DNA of 64,000 nt, from NCBI GenBank assembly GCA_947625095.1, contig CANQMX010000002.1:58429-122428 (forward strand). The letters are read 5' to 3'. The notes beneath the pieces were generated by a model that saw only the letters and a list, made by a program, of their open reading frames with translations, was not told where the DNA came from and did no database searches. This document shows, in pieces, positions 9,749 through 18,597 of the stretch (positions within the stretch are counted from its first letter, which is position 1; every line of letters begins with the position of its first letter). The translations under genes and the position numbers were made by a program. The DNA comes from an uncultured Clostridia bacterium. GTDB taxonomy: Bacteria; Bacillota; Clostridia; Christensenellales; Borkfalkiaceae.

Positions 9749-10726
9749 TTACCACGGCAGCTCATCGGGGAACGTCACTTTTTGCCCACCGTAAGTAATC
9801 GTGAGTCCTTGTTTTAATACCATTTCCCCATAATCCTCTTCAATCCATGCAGAGACGAGCTTTCCGTCCTTGAATTTGAACGTATAGGTTGTTTCGCCCT
9901 CAGTGCCAAATGCACCATCGTGCGTCAATTGCTCCTTGTCGGCATAGTGCGCCAATAGATCCTTGTCTGTGATGACATAGCCCTTCTTCTCCTCGTCGTA
10001 TTTCGCAAACTCGAGAATGGACGAGTGCTCTTCGAAATAGGTATCCCCCAGATCTTTCAGAACTCCAAGGTGCGAAAAATTAAAAAAGAATTCGATCGTG
10101 GTAAGGTCTCCTATGGAACTCGTATGTAATTCATTAGACCAAACATTCAGAGGGTCTCCCTCCAAGTCAACTCCTTCTCCTTCATGTTCTGTAATTTTAC
10201 AGACGCTCAATAATTTCCCGCTTTCGTTGTACTTCATGTATTCTTCGAACTTTAGCATCGCTTTTTCGGGAGAGCCGCCGTTGTCGGCATCGGTAACTTC
10301 TCCGGCATATTCATAGACGGAATGATATTTCCCCATATCGTATGCGGTAGAACAGTTCCACCTTTCATATCCGCTGCGTTCTCCCGTTGCTGTAACATCC
10401 ATAAAAACATTTACTTCGAAATTCTTGTCTTGGGCAAGTTTCAAATCATGGTCGAACGCGTCCAAACCCGTGCCCGCAGAGGGATGCCAACACGGAAACC
10501 CTTGATACAATTTTGTCGCATCGTCCTCGCCCTCGAAGTCGAAGAGATAGGTGAACGTATCCCGCATCGCCTTATCCCACTGTTCGTCCGTCTCGATCTT
10601 ATCCGAAACGATCGTTTCGGGGTCGACCGGGTCTGTCTTCGCCGCCCCGAATTTGTCGCAAGCCGCAAGGCCGCAAACCGAAAGCCCCATCGCTCCCGCC
10701 AAACACAGTGCAATTGTCTTTTTCAT
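9749..10726 (-). CDS. Lipoprotein, unknown function
   Basis: MKKTIALCLAGAMGLSVCGLAAC signal peptide plus lipobox; 325 aa. Confidence 0.75.
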   Translation of the reverse strand: MKKTIALCLAGAMGLSVCGLAACDKFGAAKTDPVDPETIVSDKIETDEQWDKAMRDTFTYLFDFEGEDDATKLYQGFPCWHPSAGTGLDAFDHDLKLAQDKNFEVNVFMDVTATGERSGYERWNCSTAYDMGKYHSVYEYAGEVTDADNGGSPEKAMLKFEEYMKYNESGKLLSVCKITEHEGEGVDLEGDPLNVWSNELHTSSIGDLTTIEFFFNFSHLGVLKDLGDTYFEEHSSILEFAKYDEEKKGYVITDKDLLAHYADKEQLTHDGAFGTEGETTYTFKFKDGKLVSAWIEEDYGEMVLKQGLTITYGGQKVTFPDELPW

Positions 10727-10741
10727 TTGTTTCCTCCCGTT

Positions 10742-10760
10742 TGATACAGTTACTGTATCA
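10742..10760. promoter_or_regulatory. 19-bp perfect palindrome, putative XRE operator
   Basis: tgatacagt-t-actgtatca in the divergent intergenic region between the lipoprotein gene and XRE gene 10822. Confidence 0.5.
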
Positions 10761-10821
10761 TATTTCTTTTCATTATACGCATTCTGTATACTATTGTCAA
10801 GGATTTTACGGAAATTTCGAT

Positions 10822-11037
10822 ATGGAATTAAAGGAAAGTGTCGGAGAAAAATTACGGGAGCGGCGGCAAGAGTTGCATCTTACGCAGCGGGAAGTCGCGG
10901 CGGCGCTCGGCGTGGCGCAGCCCGTGTACCAACGCTTTGAAAGGGGCATTTACGAGTGCAGTTACTCACAACTCGCGCAGCTCTGTAAACTGCTCGATCT
11001 TTCCGCAAACTATTTGCTCGGCATTTCCGACTATTAA
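10822..11037 (+). CDS. XRE-family HTH transcriptional regulator (71 aa)
   Basis: Internal ATG 10822 of track ORF 10708..11037; LRERRQELHLTQREVAAALGVAQPVYQRFERG HTH_3 pattern. Confidence 0.8.
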   Translation: MELKESVGEKLRERRQELHLTQREVAAALGVAQPVYQRFERGIYECSYSQLAQLCKLLDLSANYLLGISDY

Positions 11038-11050
11038 CTCCGCCTCTACG

Positions 11051-11079
11051 AAAAAAAGACCCCGCATAGGGTCTTTTTT
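11051..11079 (+). terminator. Rho-independent terminator
   Basis: aaaaaaagaccc-cgcata-gggtctttttt directly after stop 11037. Confidence 0.7.
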
Positions 11080-11123
11080 CAAATGCCAAACGTCCTCCAT
11101 GGGGTACGCCTTAAACATACCGT

Positions 11124-11309
11124 CCTCCCTCATACCAAACGCGCCGAAGTAGTGTATCTTCCCTTATTTCGCGCCCCGTTCCTCCCTCATACCGAGGTTG
11201 CCGCGCCGTCCGCAGCGCCCCGCAAGGGGCGCTGCGGGCGGCAACCGCCCCGCGCGCACTATTGTCTACTAAGCGCGGCACGAGCGCATAGCGCGAAGTA
11301 GTGTATCTT
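11124..11309. repeat. Cluster of family A elements (one short, one long with an inserted module)
   Basis: ctccctcatacc...agtgtatctt (11124-11160) and cctccctcataccgaggttgccgcgccg... ending agtgtatctt at 11309; the inserted ~50-bp module recurs inverted near 18363-18414. Confidence 0.6.
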
Positions 11310-11317
11310 CCCCACGC

Positions 11318-11345
11318 AAAAAGAGACCCCCCGCGGGAGGTCTCT
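11318..11345 (-). terminator. Rho-independent terminator of pnp
   Basis: Minus strand reads agagacctcccgcggggggtctcttttt just downstream of pnp stop 11372. Confidence 0.7.
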
Positions 11346-11371
11346 CGTCATTTTTGCAAATTATCGGCGAT

Positions 11372-13468
11372 TTACGAAAGTTTTTCGAGAAGTTTGAAGT
11401 CGATCCCCTTCTCGCCGATCTTGATGATCTTCACCTTGACGACGTCGCCGATGTTGAGGACGTCCTCCACCTTCTCCACGCGCCTGTCGGAGAGTTTGGA
11501 GATGTGGATCATGCCGTCCTTGCCGGGGGCAAATTCCACGAACGCGCCCATGGTGGAGAGCACGCGGACGACCCGCCCGATGAACATATCGCCCACTTCG
11601 GGGTCGTGTACGATGCTCTCGATGATGGCCTTGGCCTTCTCGGCGGCCTGCGCGTCTCCGTAGGAGGCGACGCACACCGTGCCGTCGTCCTCGATGTCGA
11701 TCTTCGTCCCCGTCTCCGCGATGATGGAGTTGATGACCTTCCCCTGCTTGCCGACGACGTCGCCGATCTTCTCGGGGTCAATGGTGAAGAAGAGGATGCG
11801 GGGCGCATACTTGCTAAGTTCGGGCGCGACCTCGGGCACACATTCGAGCATCTTGGAGAGGATGAACTGTCTCCCCTCGTTGGCCTGCTCGATGGCGGTG
11901 TGCATGATCTCCTCGGAGATGCCCTTTATCTTGATGTCCATCTGAATGGCGGTGATGCCCTTGGTCGTGCCCGCCACCTTGAAATCCATATCGCCGAGGA
12001 AGTCCTCAAGCCCCTGGATATCCGTCATGACGCGGAATTCGCCCGTCTCCTGGTTCTTGATGAGTCCCATCGCAACGCCCGCAACGGGGGCTTTGATGGG
12101 CACGCCGGCGTCCATGAGCGCCATCGTAGAGCCGCACACGGAGGCCATGGAGGAAGAGCCGTTGGAGGAGAGAATGTCGTTTACCACGCGGATGGCGTAG
12201 GGGAACTCCTCCTTGGAGGGAATGACGGGTTCAAGCGCGCGTTCGGCAAGCGCGCCGTGGCCGATCTCGCGGCGGCCGGGGGAGCGGAGGGCCTTCGCCT
12301 CGCCCGTGCAGTAGCCGGGGAAGTTGTATTGGTGCATATACCGCTTTTCCGTCTCGTCGTCGAGGCCTTCGAGTTTCTGCGCCGCGGCGAGCATATCGAG
12401 GGTGCAGGTCGTCAGCGTCTGCGTCTGGCCGCGGGTAAAGACGGCCGAGCCGTGCGCGCGGGGCAAAACATGGCGTTCGCACCAGATGGGGCGGATGTCC
12501 TTCAACCCCCTTCCGTCGGGGCGGATGCCCTTGTCAAAGATCTTGGCGCGCACCTTCTCCTTGGTGAGGTAGTAGAGGCTGTCCTTGATCTCGCGCGTGT
12601 TCTCGGAGTAGATGTCCTTGAAGTGCTCCAAGGTCTCCGCGTCCACCTGATCCTGCCGCGCCTGCCTCTCCTGCCTGTCGAAAGTATCGAGCGCCCAGTC
12701 GAGTTTCTCGCCCGCAAATTCGCGGACGGCCTTGTCGATCTCCTCGGGAATGTGGTAGAGTTCAATGGGGAGTTTGGGCTTGCCGACGGCGGGCACGATG
12801 ACCTCTTCGATGTACTTGCAGATCTTGGAGATCTCGGCCTGTCCGAACATGATGGCGCCCACCATCTCGTCGTTCGTCACCTCCTGCGCGCCCGCCTCGA
12901 TCATGAGGATGGCGTCCTTGCTGCCCGCAAGGTTGAGGTGAATGGTGCTCTTTTCGCGCTGGGCTGCGTCGGGGTTGATGACGTACTGCCCGTCCACCAA
13001 ACCGACCACGACCGACCCCGTAGGCCCCGCCCACGGAATATCGGAGATGGAGAGCGCGATGGAAGAGCCGATCATGGCGAGGGGCTCGGGCGCAACGTCG
13101 GGTTCGACGGAGAGCGCGGTCGCCACGACGACGACGTCATTGAAGAGTCCCTTGGGGAAGAGCGGGCGCAGGGGTCTGTCGATGAGCCGCGCCGTCAGAA
13201 TGGCCTTGTCGGAGGCTCTGCCCTCTCTGCGCTTGAAGCCGCCGGGGATCTTGCCGACGGCGAACATTTTTTCCTCGTAGTCCACTTGGAGGGGGAAGAA
13301 ATCGATCCCGTCGCGGGGGGTCGTCGACATACAGACGTTGACCATGACGGCAGTCTCGCCGCAGCGGACGACGCACGAGCCGTTCGTCTGTTCGGCGTAC
13401 TTGCCCGTCTCGACGGTAACTTCCCTGCCGCCGACCGTAAATTTGAATTCTTTGTAATTGGGTGTCAT
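11372..13468 (-). CDS. pnp: Polyribonucleotide nucleotidyltransferase (PNPase)
   Basis: 698 aa with two RNase PH-like domains, KH and S1 (GRVVRVLSTMGAFVEF) regions; rpsO immediately upstream. Confidence 0.95.
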   Translation of the reverse strand: MTPNYKEFKFTVGGREVTVETGKYAEQTNGSCVVRCGETAVMVNVCMSTTPRDGIDFFPLQVDYEEKMFAVGKIPGGFKRREGRASDKAILTARLIDRPLRPLFPKGLFNDVVVVATALSVEPDVAPEPLAMIGSSIALSISDIPWAGPTGSVVVGLVDGQYVINPDAAQREKSTIHLNLAGSKDAILMIEAGAQEVTNDEMVGAIMFGQAEISKICKYIEEVIVPAVGKPKLPIELYHIPEEIDKAVREFAGEKLDWALDTFDRQERQARQDQVDAETLEHFKDIYSENTREIKDSLYYLTKEKVRAKIFDKGIRPDGRGLKDIRPIWCERHVLPRAHGSAVFTRGQTQTLTTCTLDMLAAAQKLEGLDDETEKRYMHQYNFPGYCTGEAKALRSPGRREIGHGALAERALEPVIPSKEEFPYAIRVVNDILSSNGSSSMASVCGSTMALMDAGVPIKAPVAGVAMGLIKNQETGEFRVMTDIQGLEDFLGDMDFKVAGTTKGITAIQMDIKIKGISEEIMHTAIEQANEGRQFILSKMLECVPEVAPELSKYAPRILFFTIDPEKIGDVVGKQGKVINSIIAETGTKIDIEDDGTVCVASYGDAQAAEKAKAIIESIVHDPEVGDMFIGRVVRVLSTMGAFVEFAPGKDGMIHISKLSDRRVEKVEDVLNIGDVVKVKIIKIGEKGIDFKLLEKLS

Positions 13469-13592
13469 AAAAAAATCTCCTTTCTGCTCCTATTCTTTTG
13501 CCTGCCGCCCCGTGGCGACAAGCGATATTTCCGATTTTTGTCCACCTTATTCTTGCTTCCCCCTCTTGGGGGAAGTGGCGCACCGTATCATT

Positions 13593-13643
13593 ACGTCATC
13601 CCGAGCGTAACGTCATCCCGAGCGTAACGTCATCCCGAGCGTA
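13593..13643. repeat. Tandem repeat, 3 x 17 bp (acgtcatcccgagcgta), in the pnp leader
   Basis: Three exact units, then gtcgagggatgac completing a gtcatccc/gggatgac hairpin; related gtcatcccgagcg.agtcgagggat motifs occur inverted at about 18218 and 18476. Confidence 0.8.
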
Positions 13644-13831
13644 GTCGAGGGATGACCACATTATAAAAAGGCGATGGTTCGACTACGCTACGCTCCGCTC
13701 ACCATGACGTAATTGTTTGCCGCGTCAGGTGGGGGTTGTCCTTCTTCCCCCCCCCTGTACTCGCAGGGGTGAAAGGCGCGCTTCCCCTTTCCCGCGCAAA
13801 AAAAGGGCGGCAAGAGGCCGTCCTCTTCGAG

Positions 13832-14086
13832 TTATTTGCGCAGATCCAGCGCTGCAATGACGGCGCGGTAGCGTTCGATGTCCTTGGCTTTCAGGTAGTC
13901 CAAAAGGCCGCGGCGTTTGCCGACCATCTTCAAAAGACCGCGTCTCGAGTGGTTATCCTGCTTGTGCACTTTGAGGTGCTCATTGAGGTGGTTGATGCGT
14001 TCGGTGAGGAGCGCGATCTGCACTTCGGGCGAGCCGGTGTCACCCTCATGAGAAGCGAACTTTTTGATGATTTCCTGCTTATCCAT
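13832..14086 (-). CDS. rpsO: 30S ribosomal protein S15
   Basis: 84 aa; [45 protein letters not shown] is canonical S15. Confidence 0.95.
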   Translation of the reverse strand: MDKQEIIKKFASHEGDTGSPEVQIALLTERINHLNEHLKVHKQDNHSRRGLLKMVGKRRGLLDYLKAKDIERYRAVIAALDLRK

Positions 14087-14597
14087 TTGCGTTTATCCTC
14101 CTATGGAAGTAGTCGCGCAGCGCCAAGAGATGCGTGGAGGGCGCAATTCCTCGCGTGCGTCGAGAACAAGGATAGCATATTCGGGATAGTTTGTCAAAGA
14201 TTTTTGCGCCCCTCCTCGATTTTCGCGCAAAAATATTTTCGCGCCCCTTCTTGCTCCCCCCATACAGCGCGCCGCCGCACTTATTCTTACTTGCCCTCCC
14301 CTTGCGCAAGGGGGAGGGGTGGGGGAGGGGGTTTGCCCTTATACCGTCCCGCGCAGTTTAACGCGTCATTCTGACGGGAGCAACTCGACCGAAGGATCCC
14401 GAAAACGAAGTCCGCTTCTTCTTATTCCGTCCCGCGCGCCCCCGCTCCTCATTCACTCGCCCCTGCGCCGGCCGCGTTTTGCGCGGTCGGCGCAGGGGCG
14501 AGTGAATCTTCCCCGAAGTACGAATTCCGCCCTTCCCCCTACGCAACGCGCCGCCGTGGCATATGAAGCGCGGCGGCGAACATAATAATTTTTTTAT

Positions 14598-14924
14598 TTA
14601 GATGACCGCAAACATTATCACAAAAAACAGTGTAAGTCCAACAAGTAGCCCACCGAAAAGGGCAAACGCTTTTATATAACTTTTTTTTGTAGCCGAACTC
14701 AATGCCTCCGACAAACAGTTTTCCATTTGTTGCGTACTGTACTTACCGCCGTCGGAAACCGTGTCGGGTCTCTCTAAAATGACCGTCCATTTATAGGAAA
14801 ACCCTACTCTTCCCCATTCGGAACCTCTCGTCGTGCTCAACACTTTCCACCCGGAAGAAACAATTTTCCCCAAAGCGACATTCAAATCGCTTTGCGAAGC
14901 CCTCACTGTAATTACCCGTTGCAT
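14598..14924 (-). CDS. Hypothetical C-terminally membrane-anchored protein
   Basis: 108 aa with one C-terminal TM helix (AFALFGGLLVGLTLFFVIMFAVI); preceded by a consensus promoter. Confidence 0.6.
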   Translation of the reverse strand: MQRVITVRASQSDLNVALGKIVSSGWKVLSTTRGSEWGRVGFSYKWTVILERPDTVSDGGKYSTQQMENCLSEALSSATKKSYIKAFALFGGLLVGLTLFFVIMFAVI

Positions 14925-14950
14925 TGTGACTTCCCTCCACTTTCCTCTTC

Positions 14951-15005
14951 ATTATAACTAACTATTGGTTAGTTGTCAAGCAATTGCTAACTAATAGTTA
15001 TAATT
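14951..15005. promoter_or_regulatory. Divergent control region: minus-strand consensus promoter inside a long inverted repeat
   Basis: Minus strand TTGACA (14974-14979)-17 nt-TATAAT (14951-14956); outer arms attataacta / tagttataat plus inner ttggttag / ctaactaa half-sites; plus-strand TATAAT at 14999-15004. Confidence 0.6.
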
Positions 15006-15026
15006 TTGTGGGCAAGGAGAAACGCT

Positions 15027-15236
15027 ATGGTAGAGATGATAAAGGAGCGTTTGCGGGAGGAGATCAAGGCGAGCGGGCTGACGACGGTAGAAATTGCGCG
15101 GCGCGTGGGAATATCTCCCGAAATGGTCACGCAGTACATGACGACAAAAAAACTGCCCAAACTCGATACCTTTGCGCGGCTGTGCAAGGAACTCGACCTC
15201 TCCGCCGACTACATTTTGGGCTTAAAAAACGCATAA
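15027..15236 (+). CDS. XRE-family HTH transcriptional regulator (69 aa)
   Basis: ATG 15027 with aaggaga RBS 7 nt upstream; LTTVEIARRVGISPEMVTQYMT HTH; C-terminus LSADYILGLKNA resembles the other two XRE genes. Confidence 0.8.
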   Translation: MVEMIKERLREEIKASGLTTVEIARRVGISPEMVTQYMTTKKLPKLDTFARLCKELDLSADYILGLKNA

Positions 15237-15265
15237 AAAAATCTCCGTAACCGCGGAGATTTTTT
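15237..15265 (+). terminator. Rho-independent terminator
   Basis: aatctccg-taac-cgcggagatt followed by tttt. Confidence 0.7.
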
Positions 15266-15520
15266 ATTGTTCCCCCTTCATTGCTCCTTCGCCTCACCCC
15301 GCTTCTCTTTCCCCGCTCCCCTCATAGCGAGCCCATACGCAACGCGCCGCCGCGGCTCTTTGAGCCGCGGCGGCGCGTCCAAATTCCCCATCCCCTATCC
15401 ATATTCCCCTCCCTGCCCCGCGCATTATCCAACACTCCTCATGCCGAACCCGTGCCGCGCCCGATGGGCGCGGCTTCGCCGTAGGCAGTGGTGGGGGTCG
15501 CCCCCATATTCCCCCCCGCT

Positions 15521-15624
15521 CAATCCCATATAAAATCCCCTCTCCCTCCTGTCCCCGCTCTATCCTTTATAAAATTCCCTCCCGCCCCTGTCCCCGGTCT
15601 ATCCTATATAAAATTCCCCTCCCC
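15521..15624. repeat. About 2.7 tandem copies of a 39-bp unit
   Basis: c.atcc..tataaaat.ccctc.c.cc.ctgtcccc.g.t repeated; runs into palindrome ccctccccgcgcgcaaagcgcgcggggaggg. Confidence 0.7.
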
Positions 15625-15841
15625 GCGCGCAAAGCGCGCGGGGAGGGGGACGCAGGGGGCCTTCCTTGTGGCTTTCGGGAAAGGCGACCTATGATTTGTG
15701 GAGCCTTTCTCCGCAATGAGGGGTAAAAATTTTTTTTGATTTTTTTCAAAAAATATGGCATACATCCCCGAAAAGGAAAAAATTTTGTGGTACGATTACA
15801 TTGTGAAGAGAAAAAGTGAGCAAAAATGAGTGCGGCGGTTG

Positions 15842-15918
15842 AAAAAAAGCCCCCTGCTGCAGCGCGCGCGGCAGCAGCCGCAAGGGCGGCGGCGGCAGCG
15901 CGCGGCGCAGCAGGGGGC
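15842..15918 (-). terminator. Long GC-rich hairpin terminator after the HemZ-like gene
   Basis: Minus strand gccccctgctgcgccgcgcg...cgcgcgctgcagcagggggc followed by ttttttt; 22 nt downstream of stop 15940. Confidence 0.7.
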
Positions 15919-15939
15919 TTAAAAGGAAAATATTTTATT

Positions 15940-17313
15940 TTATTGAGCGAAAAGTTTGTCTTTTTCTTCGATTATTTTTTCGATTTTTTGAAGATAGGTC
16001 GGGATGTCTTTGGGGCTGCCGTAGCGCTCGATGCGCGCCTCGGCGGCGAATAATTTTTTGGAAATGGCGTTTGCGCCGACCGCAAGATTATCCGAAATTT
16101 CCTCCATGACGTCCACATTGTAAACGCAGGCCTTGCCCTTTTTTGTCCAGCCGACGTTTTCGTGCGCGCCCGCCATGTATTTTTGGCGGTACAAATAATA
16201 CGGCTCGTAGCCCGCGGCGGTCAATTTTTCGCGCGAGTAGGAAATCATTTCCGATAAAAGCCCGTCTTGAAGCCGCGCCGTCTCCTCTTTGAGGCGCGCG
16301 CCCTTTTTGAGGCAGAGCGTGTGCACGGTGATGTTTGCGGGCGCGAGCGAAATTGCCGCGTCGACGCTTTTTTCAAATTCCGGAAGGCTCTCGTCGGTCA
16401 GCCCCGCGATGAGGTCGCAGTTGACATCGAAGGCAAACGGCTTTGCCATTTCAAAGGCGCGGTAGAGATCTTCGGCGGTGTGCTTGCGGCCGATTTTTTC
16501 CAGCGTTTTATCCGAAAAACTCTGCGCGTTGATGCAGATGCGCGTGACGCCGAATTTTTTGCAGATCTCCAATTTTTCTTCGGTAAAGGTATCCGGTCTG
16601 CCCGCCTCCACCGTGTACTCGCAGGCGTTGGTGCGGAGGGGCGCGACGGCGCGGAGGACGCGCGCGAGTTCTTCGGCCTCCAAGGCAAACGGCGTGCCGC
16701 CGCCGATGTAGACGGAGCGCAGATTTTTGATGCGCGGGGCGGCCGCGGAGAGTTCCCTTTCGAGCGCGGAAAGGTAGGCTGGCATGAATTTGCGGGTCGC
16801 CGAAATGGGCGCGGTGATAAAGGAGCAATACGCGCACTTGGTGGGGCAAAACGGCAACGAGACAAATAGGTCGCAGTTGCCCTCGGCGCGCGTGTAGACC
16901 CCCTTCTGCCCCGCCAAAACGCGTTCTACGAGGGCGATGTTCTCCTCCGAAACGCCCAAATTGCGGAACGTGGACTGAAATTCCCCCCGCTTTTCGAGTT
17001 CCTTGTAGGCGAGGCGGGTGGGGCGGATGCCCGTGAGCGACCCCCACGGCAGCGTTTTACGGAAAATTTCCGAGAGCAATTTGTAGAGCGAAAGTTTTGC
17101 GTAGCGCTTAATAAGGCTCTTCTGTTCGAGGGGGCTGAGTGCGATATCGAAATCGCGGTAGCCGTACTGCCAGACGCCGACGAGAAATTTATTTTCGTAG
17201 CACGCGCCGACGACATCGGCATCGTGGGAGATCTCCAAATTTTCCGCGCCCTCGAAGAGGCGCACGACATCCATGAGTTCCGGTTCTAACCATTTACATG
17301 AAGAAGTCAGCAT
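15940..17313 (-). CDS. Radical SAM protein, HemN/HemZ family (coproporphyrinogen III oxidase-like)
   Basis: CxxxCxxC motif (CPTKCAYCSF) and HemN-like length; start set to ATG 17313 (MLTSS), ATG 17274 is an alternative; the track N-terminus is antisense read-through of the MBL gene. Confidence 0.8.
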   Translation of the reverse strand: MLTSSCKWLEPELMDVVRLFEGAENLEISHDADVVGACYENKFLVGVWQYGYRDFDIALSPLEQKSLIKRYAKLSLYKLLSEIFRKTLPWGSLTGIRPTRLAYKELEKRGEFQSTFRNLGVSEENIALVERVLAGQKGVYTRAEGNCDLFVSLPFCPTKCAYCSFITAPISATRKFMPAYLSALERELSAAAPRIKNLRSVYIGGGTPFALEAEELARVLRAVAPLRTNACEYTVEAGRPDTFTEEKLEICKKFGVTRICINAQSFSDKTLEKIGRKHTAEDLYRAFEMAKPFAFDVNCDLIAGLTDESLPEFEKSVDAAISLAPANITVHTLCLKKGARLKEETARLQDGLLSEMISYSREKLTAAGYEPYYLYRQKYMAGAHENVGWTKKGKACVYNVDVMEEISDNLAVGANAISKKLFAAEARIERYGSPKDIPTYLQKIEKIIEEKDKLFAQ

Positions 17314-17893
17314 TTTCCCTCTCCTTTTGCAGCGTTGTCCCCTCGCCGTGCCCCGGGTAGACGGCGAAGTCCCCCTGCAAACCGAATAGCGTTTTGAGAC
17401 TTTCGCGCATTTGCCCTTCATTGCCCGTGGGAAGATCTGTCCTGCCGCGGTCGCCCGCAAAGAGCGTATCGCCCGTGAAGAGGGCGTCTCCGACGCGGAA
17501 GGTGCAACTGCCCGCGGTGTGCCCCGGCGTGGCAATGGCATGAAAATTTATGCCCGAAATCGACAGCGTTTTGCCGTTTTTGAAGGTGAAGTCGATGCGG
17601 AAGGGCGGGACGGGCGAGGAAAATTCCTCCCCCAAATTGTGAAAGAGCGCCGTTTCGCGCTCCTCTTGGAGACACCCCACCTTTGCGCCCGCCGCCTGAA
17701 GGGCGGCGCACCCGCCGATGTGATCGAAATGGCCGTGCGTGAGAAGGACGTGGGTCACAATAAGCCCGCGCCTTTGCGCCTCCCCGAGGACGCGGGGCTG
17801 TGCGGGGTCGATGGCGACCGCCGTTTTGTTGTCCGCGGTGACGAGGTATGCGTTTGCGGCAAAGCCGATGGGGAGAATTTTATAGATGGTCAT
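17294..17893 (-). CDS. MBL-fold metallo-hydrolase (glyoxalase II-like)
   Basis: HxHxDH motif (LLTHGHFDHIGG), 199 aa. Confidence 0.85.
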   Translation of the reverse strand: MTIYKILPIGFAANAYLVTADNKTAVAIDPAQPRVLGEAQRRGLIVTHVLLTHGHFDHIGGCAALQAAGAKVGCLQEERETALFHNLGEEFSSPVPPFRIDFTFKNGKTLSISGINFHAIATPGHTAGSCTFRVGDALFTGDTLFAGDRGRTDLPTGNEGQMRESLKTLFGLQGDFAVYPGHGEGTTLQKERENADFFM

Positions 17894-17989
17894 ACGATGA
17901 AATTAGGGCGTACCCCCTCCCCCTGCGTCCCCCTCCCCCGCACAAAGTGCGGGGGAGGGGGATAATAAGATGCGGGCGGGCGCGCAGAC

Positions 17990-18545
17990 TTCGTTCGGAA
18001 AAGATACACTCCCTACGGTCGGTATGAGGGGCGGGGGAAAGATACACTCCCTACGGTCGGTATGAGGGAGAATCCACCCCTTCCGTCACCTGCGAGGACA
18101 CCCGCCCCTTGAGGGGAGGGCAAGATACACTCCCTGCGGCCGGTATGAGGGCGGGCGGGACGACTACGCTCAGAATGACGCGATTGCTAAGCGAGGGAAA
18201 ATAAGGTAGAGATCCCTCGACTGCGCTCGGGATGACAATTTATAGCGGGGGAAAGATACACTCCCTGCGGTCGGTATGAGGGAAAACCCACCCCTTCCGT
18301 CACCTGCGGTGACGCCCACCCCTTGAGGAGTGGGCAAGATGAACTTCGTTGTTCGGGATTCTTACTTCGCGCTACGCGCTCGTGCCGCGCTTAGTAAGCG
18401 AATGGTGCGCGCGAGACGACTACGCTCAGAATGACGCGGTTGCTAAGCGAGGGAAAATAAGGTAAAGATCCCTCGACTGCGCTCGGGATGACAATTTATA
18501 GCGGGGGCAAGATACACTCCCTACGGTCGGTATAAGGAGGCCTCC
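17990..18545. repeat. ORF-free cluster of nested palindromic repeats (families A and C, plus a 123-bp direct repeat)
   Basis: Five aagatacactccct.cgg.cggtat.agg units (about 18001, 18039, 18121, 18252, 18508); 123-bp direct repeat 18159-18281 / 18415-18537; cccaccccttccgtcacctgcg hairpins at about 18072 and 18286. Confidence 0.8.
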
Positions 18546-18597
18546 CCACCACCGCCTACGGCGGAGCCTCCCCTTTGAGAAAGAGGAGGCCTTGGGG

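Noticed and set aside
8757-9817. Several overlapping ORFs sharing peptides such as PRRPQRPCGALRAARQP
   Set aside because: They translate the family A palindromic repeats on both strands. The same peptide reappears wherever the repeat occurs (also 11083..11301 and 14319..14585), so these are repeat artefacts and not a protein family.
13670-13700. ggttcgact motif resembling a tRNA T-arm
   Set aside because: No acceptor stem, D-arm or anticodon arm could be built around it. It is part of the family C repeat context.
17990-18545. Possible CRISPR array
   Set aside because: The repeats are of several different types, are themselves strongly palindromic and GC-rich, have irregular spacing, and include a long 123-bp duplication. 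There are no unique spacers of uniform length and no cas genes.
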